A stretch of DNA of 58,766 nt from contig JBFMCE010000006.1 of NCBI GenBank assembly GCA_040754655.1, positions 1 through 58,766 on the forward strand. The letters run 5' to 3'. This DNA comes from Bdellovibrionota bacterium (lineage in GTDB: Bacteria > Bdellovibrionota > UBA1018 > UBA923). The position numbers and the translations under genes were made by a program. Positions 39,015 through 47,829 of this stretch are shown piece by piece; the first letter of the stretch is position 1; the number at the start of each line of letters is the position of its first letter. The notes below the pieces were generated by a model that was not told the DNA's origin, searched no databases, and worked only from the letters and a program-made list of their open reading frames with translations.

Positions 39015-40129
39015 TATTGATTCCTCTGCTCAAGTTTCTCTATAAGAGCCTTATCGTCGGCAAGGCATTGGGCAACGGCTTGCATGAACTTCGCATGCTT
39101 CGCGAGCACGGTGCCTGAGTTTGCAGAACCTGACGCAGTATCACAGCCACCATGGGTGTGAATGCCAATCACTTCCTGGGTTTCTTCAAGCACGATTGAA
39201 GATCCGGAGTTTCCTGGCATAGTATCCACCGCGTGACGCATCTCGCTGCCTCCAATGCCAACGATCGGTCCGGTAAGAGTCTGCTGCGCAAAATTTCGAT
39301 TTGGCTCGTCGTCATCCGACCCGTATCCGGTAATGCGAATGGCCGCTCCAACTTGAGGAACCTCTTTCCTGGCTTTTAAGAACCCTTGCACTTCGCCTGG
39401 CAATTTTTCTGAAACCGGATTGGGGCGCAAACGATAAACAGCCCAGTCATTTCCCGGGCCGTCATTTTGATAGCCGTAGACCTTCGATACAGGATATTGA
39501 TCTGAAGGCTCGGGATACCTGACTTTTCCTTGGTCGTCTGAAGGCGGCACATTAAACTGCGCAAAGTTCAGGTAAGATTTACAATGACCGGCTGATACCA
39601 TGCACGTCAACCCGATCATCGTACCTGTGCATCCCCCCGCGCCATTTTCCACTTTCATCATGCGCGCAATGGGTTTTGATTTCGAGGGAGCTCTCTCATC
39701 CGTTGAGCCACAGATGGTTTCAGTGCGAGGTTCCACCATCACCGGAATTTCAATGCCCCTGATTGCGAATCCATTTGAGGACTCTCCTGAAGGAACCACC
39801 AGTTCAATGGTCACCGAATTTCCGTTCAAATAAGGCGTGGAATAACGAAAGGCCTTGAGGATACGATCATCCATTTTCAACGGACGGCGATTCTTGTTCG
39901 AGGTGACTTTGAGAAATACGCCTTTGCCGAGAACCCTTTTCTTAAAATGCACCCGAAGCCCGGTAGCCTTCTTGACATGAAACTTCTTTTTCATAACCAC
40001 GCGGTCTGACTCTGCAATATTCTGAACAGATCCGCTGTCCCATTGCACGGGCTGAACACGGTTACGCACTTCAGCGGTGAAACCAGAAGCCGAGAGCAAT
40101 AAACCCAAGGCCAAGTAAATAGTTTTCAT
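39014..40129 (-). CDS. Secreted trypsin-like serine protease (S1) with pro-domain
   Basis: SAGHC, NDWA and GNSGS catalytic triad; ICGSTDER maturation region. Confidence 0.92.
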   Translation of the reverse strand: MKTIYLALGLLLSASGFTAEVRNRVQPVQWDSGSVQNIAESDRVVMKKKFHVKKATGLRVHFKKRVLGKGVFLKVTSNKNRRPLKMDDRILKAFRYSTPYLNGNSVTIELVVPSGESSNGFAIRGIEIPVMVEPRTETICGSTDERAPSKSKPIARMMKVENGAGGCTGTMIGLTCMVSAGHCKSYLNFAQFNVPPSDDQGKVRYPEPSDQYPVSKVYGYQNDGPGNDWAVYRLRPNPVSEKLPGEVQGFLKARKEVPQVGAAIRITGYGSDDDEPNRNFAQQTLTGPIVGIGGSEMRHAVDTMPGNSGSSIVLEETQEVIGIHTHGGCDTASGSANSGTVLAKHAKFMQAVAQCLADDKALIEKLEQRNQ

Positions 40130-40577
40130 TTATTCTCCCCCAAGAATTGACCCTTCTATACAAAGTGCTACTGATGAAGAGACATTTGGTCAATGTGGCG
40201 AGCACTATTTTTTTGAAGCTCTGACAGCGCATTGCAACATTCATTAAAGACAATCCATTCGGCAGATTTGAAGACCGTTCCCGTTTTGTCCATAGCCTGA
40301 AGAAGGCTCGCGTAGCGTCCGAGGCAAAGGATAACCCTGCGCTTTGACAAGGAGCGCAGGAAAGGCAGTGCGGAACCGCGTAAATCGCGTCAAAAACACG
40401 CGATCACAAATTATTTTTATTTATAAGTCACACTGCCTTGCGCCATTCGGGAAATCATGACCCTGCGTAGGTTTCGCCCAAAGAGTTTACGATCACCAGC
40501 GCGAGCCGGCCTTTTCAACTTCAATAGAAAGGGCCTGTTCGCAGTGGCCCCGATATTAAATGTGGGTTTTTAGAAAC

Positions 40578-40859
40578 TTAATTCGATCGATTGCCAGTTG
40601 AACCAGGTTCAATGAAGCTCAGTTCACGACTCACGATTTCTTCCGGCGAAACTTCGAAAAACCGCGCCAAGACGTAAACCTCTTCCGCCGCAAGGCTTTG
40701 CTCGCCCTTTTCGATGCGGCTGATAGCAGCTTGGCCCAAGCGCAAGACCCGGCCCAGTTCTGACTGCGAGATGTTGGCGCCCGCCCGCAGCAGTCGAACT
40801 TTCGTCCCGATATCACACCGAATTTCTCGAAACTTTCTTGAAGGCACCTTGGATTTCAT
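40578..40859 (-). CDS. Small XRE-family HTH regulator
   Basis: IGTKVRLLR...ISQSELG...QAAISRIEKG. Confidence 0.9.
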   Translation of the reverse strand: MKSKVPSRKFREIRCDIGTKVRLLRAGANISQSELGRVLRLGQAAISRIEKGEQSLAAEEVYVLARFFEVSPEEIVSRELSFIEPGSTGNRSN

Positions 40860-40879
40860 ACAAACACCTAGATAGACTT

Positions 40880-40918
40880 CTTTCTCTATAAAGAAAGTTT
40901 TATTCTTTGTAAAGAAAG
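40880..40918. promoter_or_regulatory. Tandem palindromic operators between divergent XRE genes
   Basis: TTCTCTATAAAGAAAG (40882-97) and TTCTTTGTAAAGAAAG (40903-18), 21-bp spacing. Confidence 0.6.
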
Positions 40919-40950
40919 CTCATTGGCATTGTGACGCTATATTCGAGAGA

Positions 40951-41733
40951 GTGTCTCGTTCAAAACCAAAGGCTCGCAAGCCACACCATCGCAACCCTGC
41001 TTTTCTCGCCTTGCTCGGAGAGCATTGCAAGAAACTGCGCGTGCAAAAGGGGCTTTCGATTGATCGCGTGGCCAAAGAAAGCGATAGCCTCAGCACAAGC
41101 GTGATTCATAGGCTGGAGTCGGGTTCTCGCCCTGTTTCCGTGAATAGCCTTGTCCGTTATGCAGAGGTCTTGGAAATACACCCCAAGAAACTGCTCGATT
41201 TTCCGTTCGAATTTGAAAGCATGGCCGAAGAAAAACTCGACCCGCCTCTGGCATTGATTTCAAACCACGACCTACAGGTGCGCAAAGAAGCCTTTCGCAC
41301 CTTGCTGCCCGTGTATTCGCTCAAAGCTGCCGCGGGATATTTCGGGAGAGGGGAAGAAGCAGAAACCCAGGGGTGGATTCGCGCGCCAAAGGTGCCAAGG
41401 CTTGACCGAAATATGTTCGTGGTCAAGGCCGTGGGTTCTTCGATGCTGCCCAAGATTCATGATGGCGATTACCTTGTTTTCAGGGCGAACCCCGTCGGTA
41501 CTCGACAAGGAAAAATAGTGCTCGCGCAATACCGAGGGACGGCAGATCCCGACACCGGAGGCAGTTACACCGTCAAGAAATACACCTCGGTAAAGTCTTC
41601 TCTCGCGGAAGGAAGCTGGCGCCACAAGAAAATCGTTCTGTCTCCGCTGAACCGCGCTTATAAATCCATCGTGCTCATGCCGGAAGACGAAGACGATTTT
41701 CGAATCGTGGGCGAGTTCGTAGCGGTGCTGTGA
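40951..41733 (+). CDS. XRE HTH + S24 peptidase (CI/LexA-like) regulator
   Basis: N-terminal HTH; AAAG cleavage-site region, GSSMLP (Ser) and YTVKKY (Lys). Confidence 0.88.
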   Translation: MSRSKPKARKPHHRNPAFLALLGEHCKKLRVQKGLSIDRVAKESDSLSTSVIHRLESGSRPVSVNSLVRYAEVLEIHPKKLLDFPFEFESMAEEKLDPPLALISNHDLQVRKEAFRTLLPVYSLKAAAGYFGRGEEAETQGWIRAPKVPRLDRNMFVVKAVGSSMLPKIHDGDYLVFRANPVGTRQGKIVLAQYRGTADPDTGGSYTVKKYTSVKSSLAEGSWRHKKIVLSPLNRAYKSIVLMPEDEDDFRIVGEFVAVL

Positions 41734-41783
41734 AGGCAGAGTGTCCGATGCCTCAGGTTCAGACACCCTGCCGCACGGTCAAT

Positions 41784-42278
41784 TCAATATACTAACGAAC
41801 ATTCGATCTTTTGGATTACTTGAGCTTTTTTCCTCTTAGGACAGCCTTTGATTGGTCGCCGGCATCGCGACACGTAGACGTCTTTCTCAGCCACGACAAG
41901 TTCTAGTGTTCTGGTACCTGATACATCAGATATTTCGCCCTCGGACGAAAGCGGAATAACGTAGGATGCCGCCTTGGTTAAACTTCCCGTGGTTACAACA
42001 GAAAGATGCGAGGCGAGCCCAACGTCAGTTTCCGCCGCTTTTACCGGCATCCAGTTCACAAGAACATTCAGGCCGTCTTTACTTATGGCATCAAACACTT
42101 TTGACTCTCCAAGGCGAAGCTCAAGGAGTCCGTTCGCCATGAATTCATTTGTATTCCAATGTTTACAGAAAACCTTCACGCTAGGCACCTGTTCGTTTGC
42201 GAATGCCAAAGACTTTGAACCAGAGACGACCGATCCCGCCATTGCTAAGATAAAACTTAAAAACAAAATATTTCTCAT
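41784..42278 (-). CDS. Secreted hypothetical protein
   Basis: Signal peptide; AAGGGAG RBS. Confidence 0.65.
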   Translation of the reverse strand: MRNILFLSFILAMAGSVVSGSKSLAFANEQVPSVKVFCKHWNTNEFMANGLLELRLGESKVFDAISKDGLNVLVNWMPVKAAETDVGLASHLSVVTTGSLTKAASYVIPLSSEGEISDVSGTRTLELVVAEKDVYVSRCRRPIKGCPKRKKAQVIQKIECSLVY

Positions 42279-42370
42279 TTGAACTCCCTTTTCTCAACCT
42301 CCGAAGACAATGCACCGTGCCACTAACAACTGAAATCGGGCCCGTCAAGAATAGAAGCACCTCATGTGGA

Positions 42371-43540
42371 TCAACCCAAGCGGGCTCTACGCTCTTTCGC
42401 CCTTTCACGAAGCGGAAGTTCAACCTTGAAGGTAGATCCTCGACCTAGAGTGCTTTCGACCCAGATTCTTCCTCCGTGCATTTCAACGATTTGCCGAACA
42501 ATGTAGAGCCCCAAACCTAAACCGCTGACCTTATTTTCAGAAGCGACGCGCTCGAATCTTTCAAAGATCCGCACTTGGTCTTCCGGCAAGATGCCAACGC
42601 CTTGATCTTGAACTGACAAAACAGCTTTTTCTTCAATGACAGAGACGCTGACTCTGATAGGTTTTCCTGAGCCATACTTGATCGCATTGCTGATCAGATT
42701 CGTGACCACCTGCTCGATCCTAAGAGAGTCCCAACATCCCAATGCTTCATCAGTTCCTTCAAATTGAATGGCACTTCCGGCGGCAGCAAGCTGCGGTGCA
42801 AGTTGTTCGACGACTTGTTTCGTCAGTTGCGATAGGTCAAAGTCCGCTGTTTCAATCTTCAGTTTCCCTGCACGTATACGCGAGACGTCTAGTAGGTCTT
42901 CGACGAGAACAGAAAGCCTATCGAGCTGACGGTCAGCGGTTTCCACCGACCTAGCGATCTTATCGGGCGTCAGCAAATGGGCGCCTTCGCTTGAGAGAGC
43001 TCTTTTACTTATTTGGTTTTGAAGCTTAAGAGCGGTAAGCGGGGTTTTCAGCTCGTGGCTTGCAATGGATACAAACTCATCTCTCTGCCGAAGCGCGTCG
43101 GTCAATTCATTAAGCAGATGCCTGACTTGATACTGCCTGCGACGTGCACGAAGAAAAACCTTTACAGAGCTGATCAGCGTCGTCGTGTGAAAGGGACGTT
43201 CAATCAAAGAGACATTCACCGTCGGCCCGAATAGATCCAATACTTTCTGCCCAGAGGGTCCCCTACCTTGTGAAGAAACCATGATCAGAACGGGAAGGTC
43301 GGACCAAGCTTCCTGATTTAACAACGCTTGCCGCAAGGACCCGGCGGACTCAATGTTCAGAGCTTCTTCAGCCAGGAAAATCATCCCACAAGAACTCTGC
43401 AACCGAACAAGAAGCTCTGGTACGCGGGGAAAAACTTCCGAACCCAGTCCCGCCCTTCGAAAGATTTCAGATGCAAGCGAGGCGTCTTGCCCAGTTGGGG
43501 CAACGATTAGAATATTTTCGTTATCCGAATCGATATCCAT
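42371..43540 (-). CDS. Hybrid sensor histidine kinase (receiver-like + HisKA + HATPase)
   Basis: ASHELKTPL, NLISNAIKY, DQGVGI, F.RF.R and GLGLGL. Confidence 0.93.
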   Translation of the reverse strand: MDIDSDNENILIVAPTGQDASLASEIFRRAGLGSEVFPRVPELLVRLQSSCGMIFLAEEALNIESAGSLRQALLNQEAWSDLPVLIMVSSQGRGPSGQKVLDLFGPTVNVSLIERPFHTTTLISSVKVFLRARRRQYQVRHLLNELTDALRQRDEFVSIASHELKTPLTALKLQNQISKRALSSEGAHLLTPDKIARSVETADRQLDRLSVLVEDLLDVSRIRAGKLKIETADFDLSQLTKQVVEQLAPQLAAAGSAIQFEGTDEALGCWDSLRIEQVVTNLISNAIKYGSGKPIRVSVSVIEEKAVLSVQDQGVGILPEDQVRIFERFERVASENKVSGLGLGLYIVRQIVEMHGGRIWVESTLGRGSTFKVELPLRERAKERRARLG

Positions 43541-43547
43541 CAGCCAA

Positions 43548-45047
43548 TCAGCCCTTGTTCTCGATGTTTGACTTCGGCAAAGGCGCCGTCAAGCTCGGCA
43601 CGCCGGTGAGAACGCCTTGGAACTGCGTAAGCGCCGGCCCTACTCGCACTCCGTCATTATCGATCTCCAGCTCACGAATCGTGCTCTCGTGCTGACCGCT
43701 ACGTTTTTTTATGATCGAAATCGCTTTTCTTATTGAGCCATTAGATTCAAAGAAACGAGTGAGCAGTGCCGTATCCGCGAGATAAGTGAGATCCACCGGA
43801 GATTGCATCGAGCCAATCGTGCCCTGCTGAGCCAATACAAAAATCGTGACGACGCTCTGGCTGTTCAAATAAGAAAGAAGCTCATGAAGCTGCAAGATCA
43901 AATGTTCTTCCTGTGGCATCGCATGAACATAACCATTTAAACTGTCGATGAGAACAAATTGAACTTCATCTTTTTCGACTGAGTCTCGGATGGTTTTCGA
44001 GAACTCTCCTGGCGAAAGTTCGGCCGGATCAACCTTCTGGATTCTGATCAGGCCAGACTCAAGATGCTTTGAAAGATTCATTCCAAGGTCTTTGACCCGC
44101 GCTTTATAGGTTCCGACGTTTTCATCAAAGAGGAAGATGCTGACCTTTTCGCCGCGTTCGGCCGCCGAAAGGGCGCATCGCACCGCTATCGTCGATTTTC
44201 CCGTGCCCGCAGGACCGATGAAGAGGTTGCTCGTACCACGATCAAGCCCGCCACCCAAAAGCGCATCGAGCCCGGCATTTCCACTTGAGACGGTCGAATA
44301 GTCAGACTTCTCGTCGAAGTTTGCAGAGACCATTCGAGGAAATAGCACTATTCCGCCGCGCTTGATCACGTAGTCATGGTTGCCCTCGACAAAAGTCGAG
44401 CCTCGAAGCTTTACGATGCTCAAGCGTCGGCGCGCGCCTCCGAATTCTTTGTGAACCCGCTCAAGCTGGATCACGCCGTGAGCGATGCTCTGAATTTGAA
44501 GGTCACGTCCGGTTGAAGTCAAATCGTCTAAAAAAAGCACTGTTGATTTGCGGACAAGAAACTCTTGCTTGAGCGCTAGAATCTGTTTGCGATATCGAAG
44601 CGGGCTTTCTGCAAGCAGAAGCATCTCGGAAACCGAATCAAATACGATCCTCTCAGGTTTCACACGATCGACTTCGGTTAACAGAATTTGAGTTACCTGG
44701 CTCAGTTCGACCTCAGAAGGATAAAACATCGTGTTTTGGGCTTCTGGTTTTAGCTTCTCTTCGATTGACGAAAGTTCAAGCAGAGCTAGCTTTGAAATAT
44801 CCCAACTATGCGAGCGGGCCACTTGGAGAAGTTCTTTTTTTGTTTCCGAGAAAGTGACGTACAAACCCCTTTGCCCCTGTCGCACGCCTTCGAGCAAAAA
44901 CTGAAGGGCAAGGGTTGTCTTGCCCGTTCCAGGAGCGCCTTGAATAACGTAAAGACGTTCTTGGGGAAGCCCGCCGTCAAGAATCGCGTCTAATCCTTCA
45001 ACCCCGGTTAAGTAGCGCCGATCCGCCGCATCACTATCTGCTTGCAT
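43548..45047 (-). CDS. KaiC-like duplicated RecA-fold ATPase
   Basis: Two Walker A motifs, GAPGTGKT and GPAGTGKS; GGAGG RBS before ATG 45047. Confidence 0.92.
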   Translation of the reverse strand: MQADSDAADRRYLTGVEGLDAILDGGLPQERLYVIQGAPGTGKTTLALQFLLEGVRQGQRGLYVTFSETKKELLQVARSHSWDISKLALLELSSIEEKLKPEAQNTMFYPSEVELSQVTQILLTEVDRVKPERIVFDSVSEMLLLAESPLRYRKQILALKQEFLVRKSTVLFLDDLTSTGRDLQIQSIAHGVIQLERVHKEFGGARRRLSIVKLRGSTFVEGNHDYVIKRGGIVLFPRMVSANFDEKSDYSTVSSGNAGLDALLGGGLDRGTSNLFIGPAGTGKSTIAVRCALSAAERGEKVSIFLFDENVGTYKARVKDLGMNLSKHLESGLIRIQKVDPAELSPGEFSKTIRDSVEKDEVQFVLIDSLNGYVHAMPQEEHLILQLHELLSYLNSQSVVTIFVLAQQGTIGSMQSPVDLTYLADTALLTRFFESNGSIRKAISIIKKRSGQHESTIRELEIDNDGVRVGPALTQFQGVLTGVPSLTAPLPKSNIENKG

Positions 45048-45317
45048 TAAAAGGTCCTCCCCGATTTGGGCAAGGGATTTGGCGCAAATCGGTGGCCTCA
45101 AAGTCGCTTTTTGAAACGTGCTAGTCAAGTCGCATCTCTATCTCGCTGAAGAAGACAAACCTTGCGCATCAAAAAGTCTGCCAGCAGAGCGGCAAATCGC
45201 CGGGAAGAAGTGTCGTGACTCAATGATGAAAGATGGCGAACAAATTGCATTTAGCGGTGTTTTGTGCCACTAAATCTTCACCACCAATGGCAAATGAAAA
45301 AACTCAGAAGACGGTAA

Positions 45318-45470
45318 CTCGAAGGTCTTGGTCTTGGTCTCGGACTCTACATCGTAAAAGAGATCTTGGAGATGCATGGGGGAGGAATTCGGGTTGAGAG
45401 TGAACTTGGCAAAGGATCAACCCTCATCGTGACTTTGCCTCTTCGCGGGAAGGAGGGACGCGGGAAGTGA
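45318..45470 (+). pseudogene. C-terminal remnant of a histidine kinase ATPase domain
   Basis: [50 protein letters not shown], preceded by in-frame TAA 45315-17; GTGA overlap with the next gene. Confidence 0.75.
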
Positions 45471-45844
45471 CCAAGACAATTCTGGTCGTAGAAGACGATC
45501 ACGATATTCGAGAGAATATGGCGGAATTCCTGCTGAGTGAGGGATATGAGGTGCGAACTGCTGCGAACGGCAAAGAGGCTCTCGATCTTTTGAATACGAC
45601 GCTTGCCCCTTCGATGATCCTTCTCGACCTTATGATGCCCGTCATGGACGGGTTTCGCTTTCGGCAGGAGCAAGAAAAAGACCCCAAGATTGCTCATATC
45701 CCAGTCGTGCTGATGACGGCCACTCCCCAAGTCGAAAACACTAAAACTCGCCTTGGAGCTATCGCGTTCATTCGCAAGCCTATTGATATTGAGGAGCTTT
45801 CAAGCCTGCTACAGGTTTTTTTCGACGGTTCGTTGGTACGCTGA
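45467..45844 (+). CDS. Single-domain response regulator
   Basis: [18 protein letters not shown] and RKP. Confidence 0.92.
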   Translation: MTKTILVVEDDHDIRENMAEFLLSEGYEVRTAANGKEALDLLNTTLAPSMILLDLMMPVMDGFRFRQEQEKDPKIAHIPVVLMTATPQVENTKTRLGAIAFIRKPIDIEELSSLLQVFFDGSLVR

Positions 45845-45975
45845 GGAATTGCCCCCCGGCCAGATTTTCGACGTAAAACTTGCCTTTAAAGACTGGTTCG
45901 ATTACAAGTAAAGATCTTCGATCTTTCATTTTTTCGTTTGGTTACCAGGGCCGATCACGTTCGTTTCAGTATCGT

Positions 45976-46052
45976 CGGGCCGTAGCGCAGCCTGGTAGCG
46001 CACCTGGTTTGGGACCAGGTTGTCGCTGGTTCAAATCCAGTCGGCCCGACCA
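45976..46052 (+). tRNA. tRNA-Pro (anticodon UGG)
   Basis: CGGGCCG/CGGCCCG acceptor stem, D arm, CCTGG-TTTGGGA-CCAGG anticodon arm, GGTTCAAATCC and encoded CCA. Confidence 0.97.
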
Positions 46053-46177
46053 ATTTTCTTTCAAGGCTTTTCCCTAAAACACCCTAAACATCGAAAATCA
46101 AAAACCAATGGCGTTGAGGGTTTATCGCTGTCGCTTCCGAGAAAGCGTCACTCAGAGTCAGTGGCCGTAAGTGCGGT

Positions 46178-46208
46178 TGACTGAGTTTTGGCTGAGTGAT
46201 GGCTGAGT
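46178..46208 (+). repeat. Three direct repeats TGRCTGAGT with 11-bp period (integrase arm-type site candidates)
   Basis: TGACTGAGT 46178, TGGCTGAGT 46189 and TGGCTGAGT 46200. Confidence 0.65.
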
Positions 46209-46238
46209 AGAAACGCGGTCTCTTGCGGGGTTGGCTAT

Positions 46239-46805
46239 CTATGGTGACACGATACGGAACCAGTCCCGCATCACCTGGCGTACGCGATCAACTTCTTCTT
46301 CTGGAATATCTGACATGTGGCATGCAGCATTTCTTACATGTGTGATCAATCGAGCTTCCTGGATAAGAGATTTATCTCGAACGATAGGCTCAAAACCGTC
46401 CTTCCAACAAGATTCAATAATCGAGAGTAACTGAGGATAGGTGGTCAGAGCCAGCTTTTCTCGACTCACAAGAGCCATCCAAGCCTTTGTCTCTTCTTTC
46501 TGTTCGCTTTCTGTAACTTCATCTCTGATATTCTTTGGAACTTTGCTTTCCCACCAATTAGCAGGAGAGCTCTCCGAAAGAGTCTCCCGAATAAACTCCC
46601 TTAAAAAATGTTCAAAGACAAAAAAGTACTTAAAAACAAGCGAGGCCAGACGGGCTCTTTTTACTAATATGGGCAGAGATACTGCTAAATCTAACTCCTT
46701 AGATAATGGGAGAGATTCGGGGGCCACTGTATCTGGTTGCTTTTGAATTAGTCTTTCTGCCGTTTGTCCAAGCATCACGAATAAGGCAAGCTTTCCGTCC
46801 TTCAT
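46239..46805 (-). CDS. Swt1-like HEPN domain protein (putative RNase)
   Basis: FFVFEHFLREFI, WW, L..II...W..F and C-terminal RNAACH (Rx4H). Confidence 0.75.
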   Translation of the reverse strand: MKDGKLALFVMLGQTAERLIQKQPDTVAPESLPLSKELDLAVSLPILVKRARLASLVFKYFFVFEHFLREFIRETLSESSPANWWESKVPKNIRDEVTESEQKEETKAWMALVSREKLALTTYPQLLSIIESCWKDGFEPIVRDKSLIQEARLITHVRNAACHMSDIPEEEVDRVRQVMRDWFRIVSP

Positions 46806-47449
46806 CTAAAGGCATCTCGTATTGCATTAAATATATTCAGGTAGGTTTCTTCGGTTCCATTGTTCGGTAAGTGGATCTGAATATTGTAATGAAACTCAGG
46901 ACGAAATCCCTGAGGTACGGGAGCCCCCTTATTAGGGGACCAATTAAGTTCAGAGGAGGGAGGTTTTGACTTTTCCTTTTGCTCACTCTTTTTTTCACCG
47001 ATTTGATCTTCTTCCGTGGAAAGAGGTGAAGAAAAGTCGGCAGACTTGATTAGAGCGTTGAGAGTATAAAAGACTCGATTTGTCTGATCCTTATCGCCAC
47101 CGGCAACTTGCGCTATCAATCCTTTTAGGTCATCCCCCTCCAATGCATGAGCGTTTTCGTTTGCCTCATAAAGGGGAGCAAATGCTTCTCTAATACCCTC
47201 TGCAATAGCCTGTTTACTGGTGGCGCTATTTTTGAGCTGACGGTATCTGGCTGTAGGCTTTCCGGATGGGTCTAATATCGCTAATGACTTCAGAAGACTG
47301 ATCAAGTTTCGATCATTGCTGCTTTTCAGGCCTAATGTGTCGCGCAGAAATGCGTTGGAAAAGGTATCAGGAACCTTTGCGTCTGCAATTTTTAGAAGAA
47401 CTTCAGAAATTTTCCCCGGAACGATCGTATAAGGTAAGTCTTTCGCCAC
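46802..47449 (-). CDS. DUF5343-like protein
   Basis: LPY, L.KI..A.VP.TF...FL...LG.KS, L..SG.PT..Y and C-terminal FHYNIQIHLP; GAGGAG RBS before GTG 47449; ATGA overlap with the HEPN gene. Confidence 0.75.
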   Translation of the reverse strand: MAKDLPYTIVPGKISEVLLKIADAKVPDTFSNAFLRDTLGLKSSNDRNLISLLKSLAILDPSGKPTARYRQLKNSATSKQAIAEGIREAFAPLYEANENAHALEGDDLKGLIAQVAGGDKDQTNRVFYTLNALIKSADFSSPLSTEEDQIGEKKSEQKEKSKPPSSELNWSPNKGAPVPQGFRPEFHYNIQIHLPNNGTEETYLNIFNAIRDAFR

Positions 47450-47664
47450 TAAATGCTCCTCTTTGCCCTTACTAGCAATTACTGACATAGCTTTGGCACA
47501 ACCCCTTATCAACGTAATCAATGATTATCAAGACTAGTTCGTACCGTCGCTTTGACCTGAAATCGATTCTTTCAAACGACCAACCAATAAGCGTCGATTT
47601 CTGCTTCCTAGCCTGAAACTCCCTCAAAGTCCTTCGGATCGCGGGGCGAAGGGAGGTTCATTCT

Positions 47665-47829
47665 ATGAACCACAAATCGAACTCAGTTTTGATCATTGAT
47701 CTCAAGTTCCACTTCAAGCGACGCATCGATCTTCGTCAGCTCCTCAAGTGGGCTCTTCCAATTACGATCGCGCTTATCAAGTTGGTGATTCATCTCTACG
47801 GTGGGCCGCTGGCTAGCCTTACAAAGTAA
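47665..47829 (+). CDS. 54-aa basic/hydrophobic peptide (type I toxin-like candidate)
   Basis: GGGAGG RBS; MNHKSNSVLIIDLKFHFKRRIDLRQLLKWALPITIALIKLVIHLYGGPLASLTK; below the ORF-track cutoff. Confidence 0.45.
   Translation: MNHKSNSVLIIDLKFHFKRRIDLRQLLKWALPITIALIKLVIHLYGGPLASLTK

Noticed and set aside
40380..40500. c-di-GMP-I riboswitch on the minus strand
   Set aside because: Only scattered resemblance (GAAA loop, CGCAAG); stems and spacing do not fit, so kept as an unassigned structured region
42307..42322. sigma-54 promoter upstream of the 42278 gene (TGGCACGGTGCATTGT)
   Set aside because: The -12 element is off-register and lacks the GC
43548..45047. Circadian clock kaiC
   Set aside because: No kaiA/kaiB nearby; context is the widespread KaiC-like ATPase + histidine kinase module
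45880..46077. 65-aa ORF over the tRNA
   Set aside because: Spurious translation of tRNA-Pro
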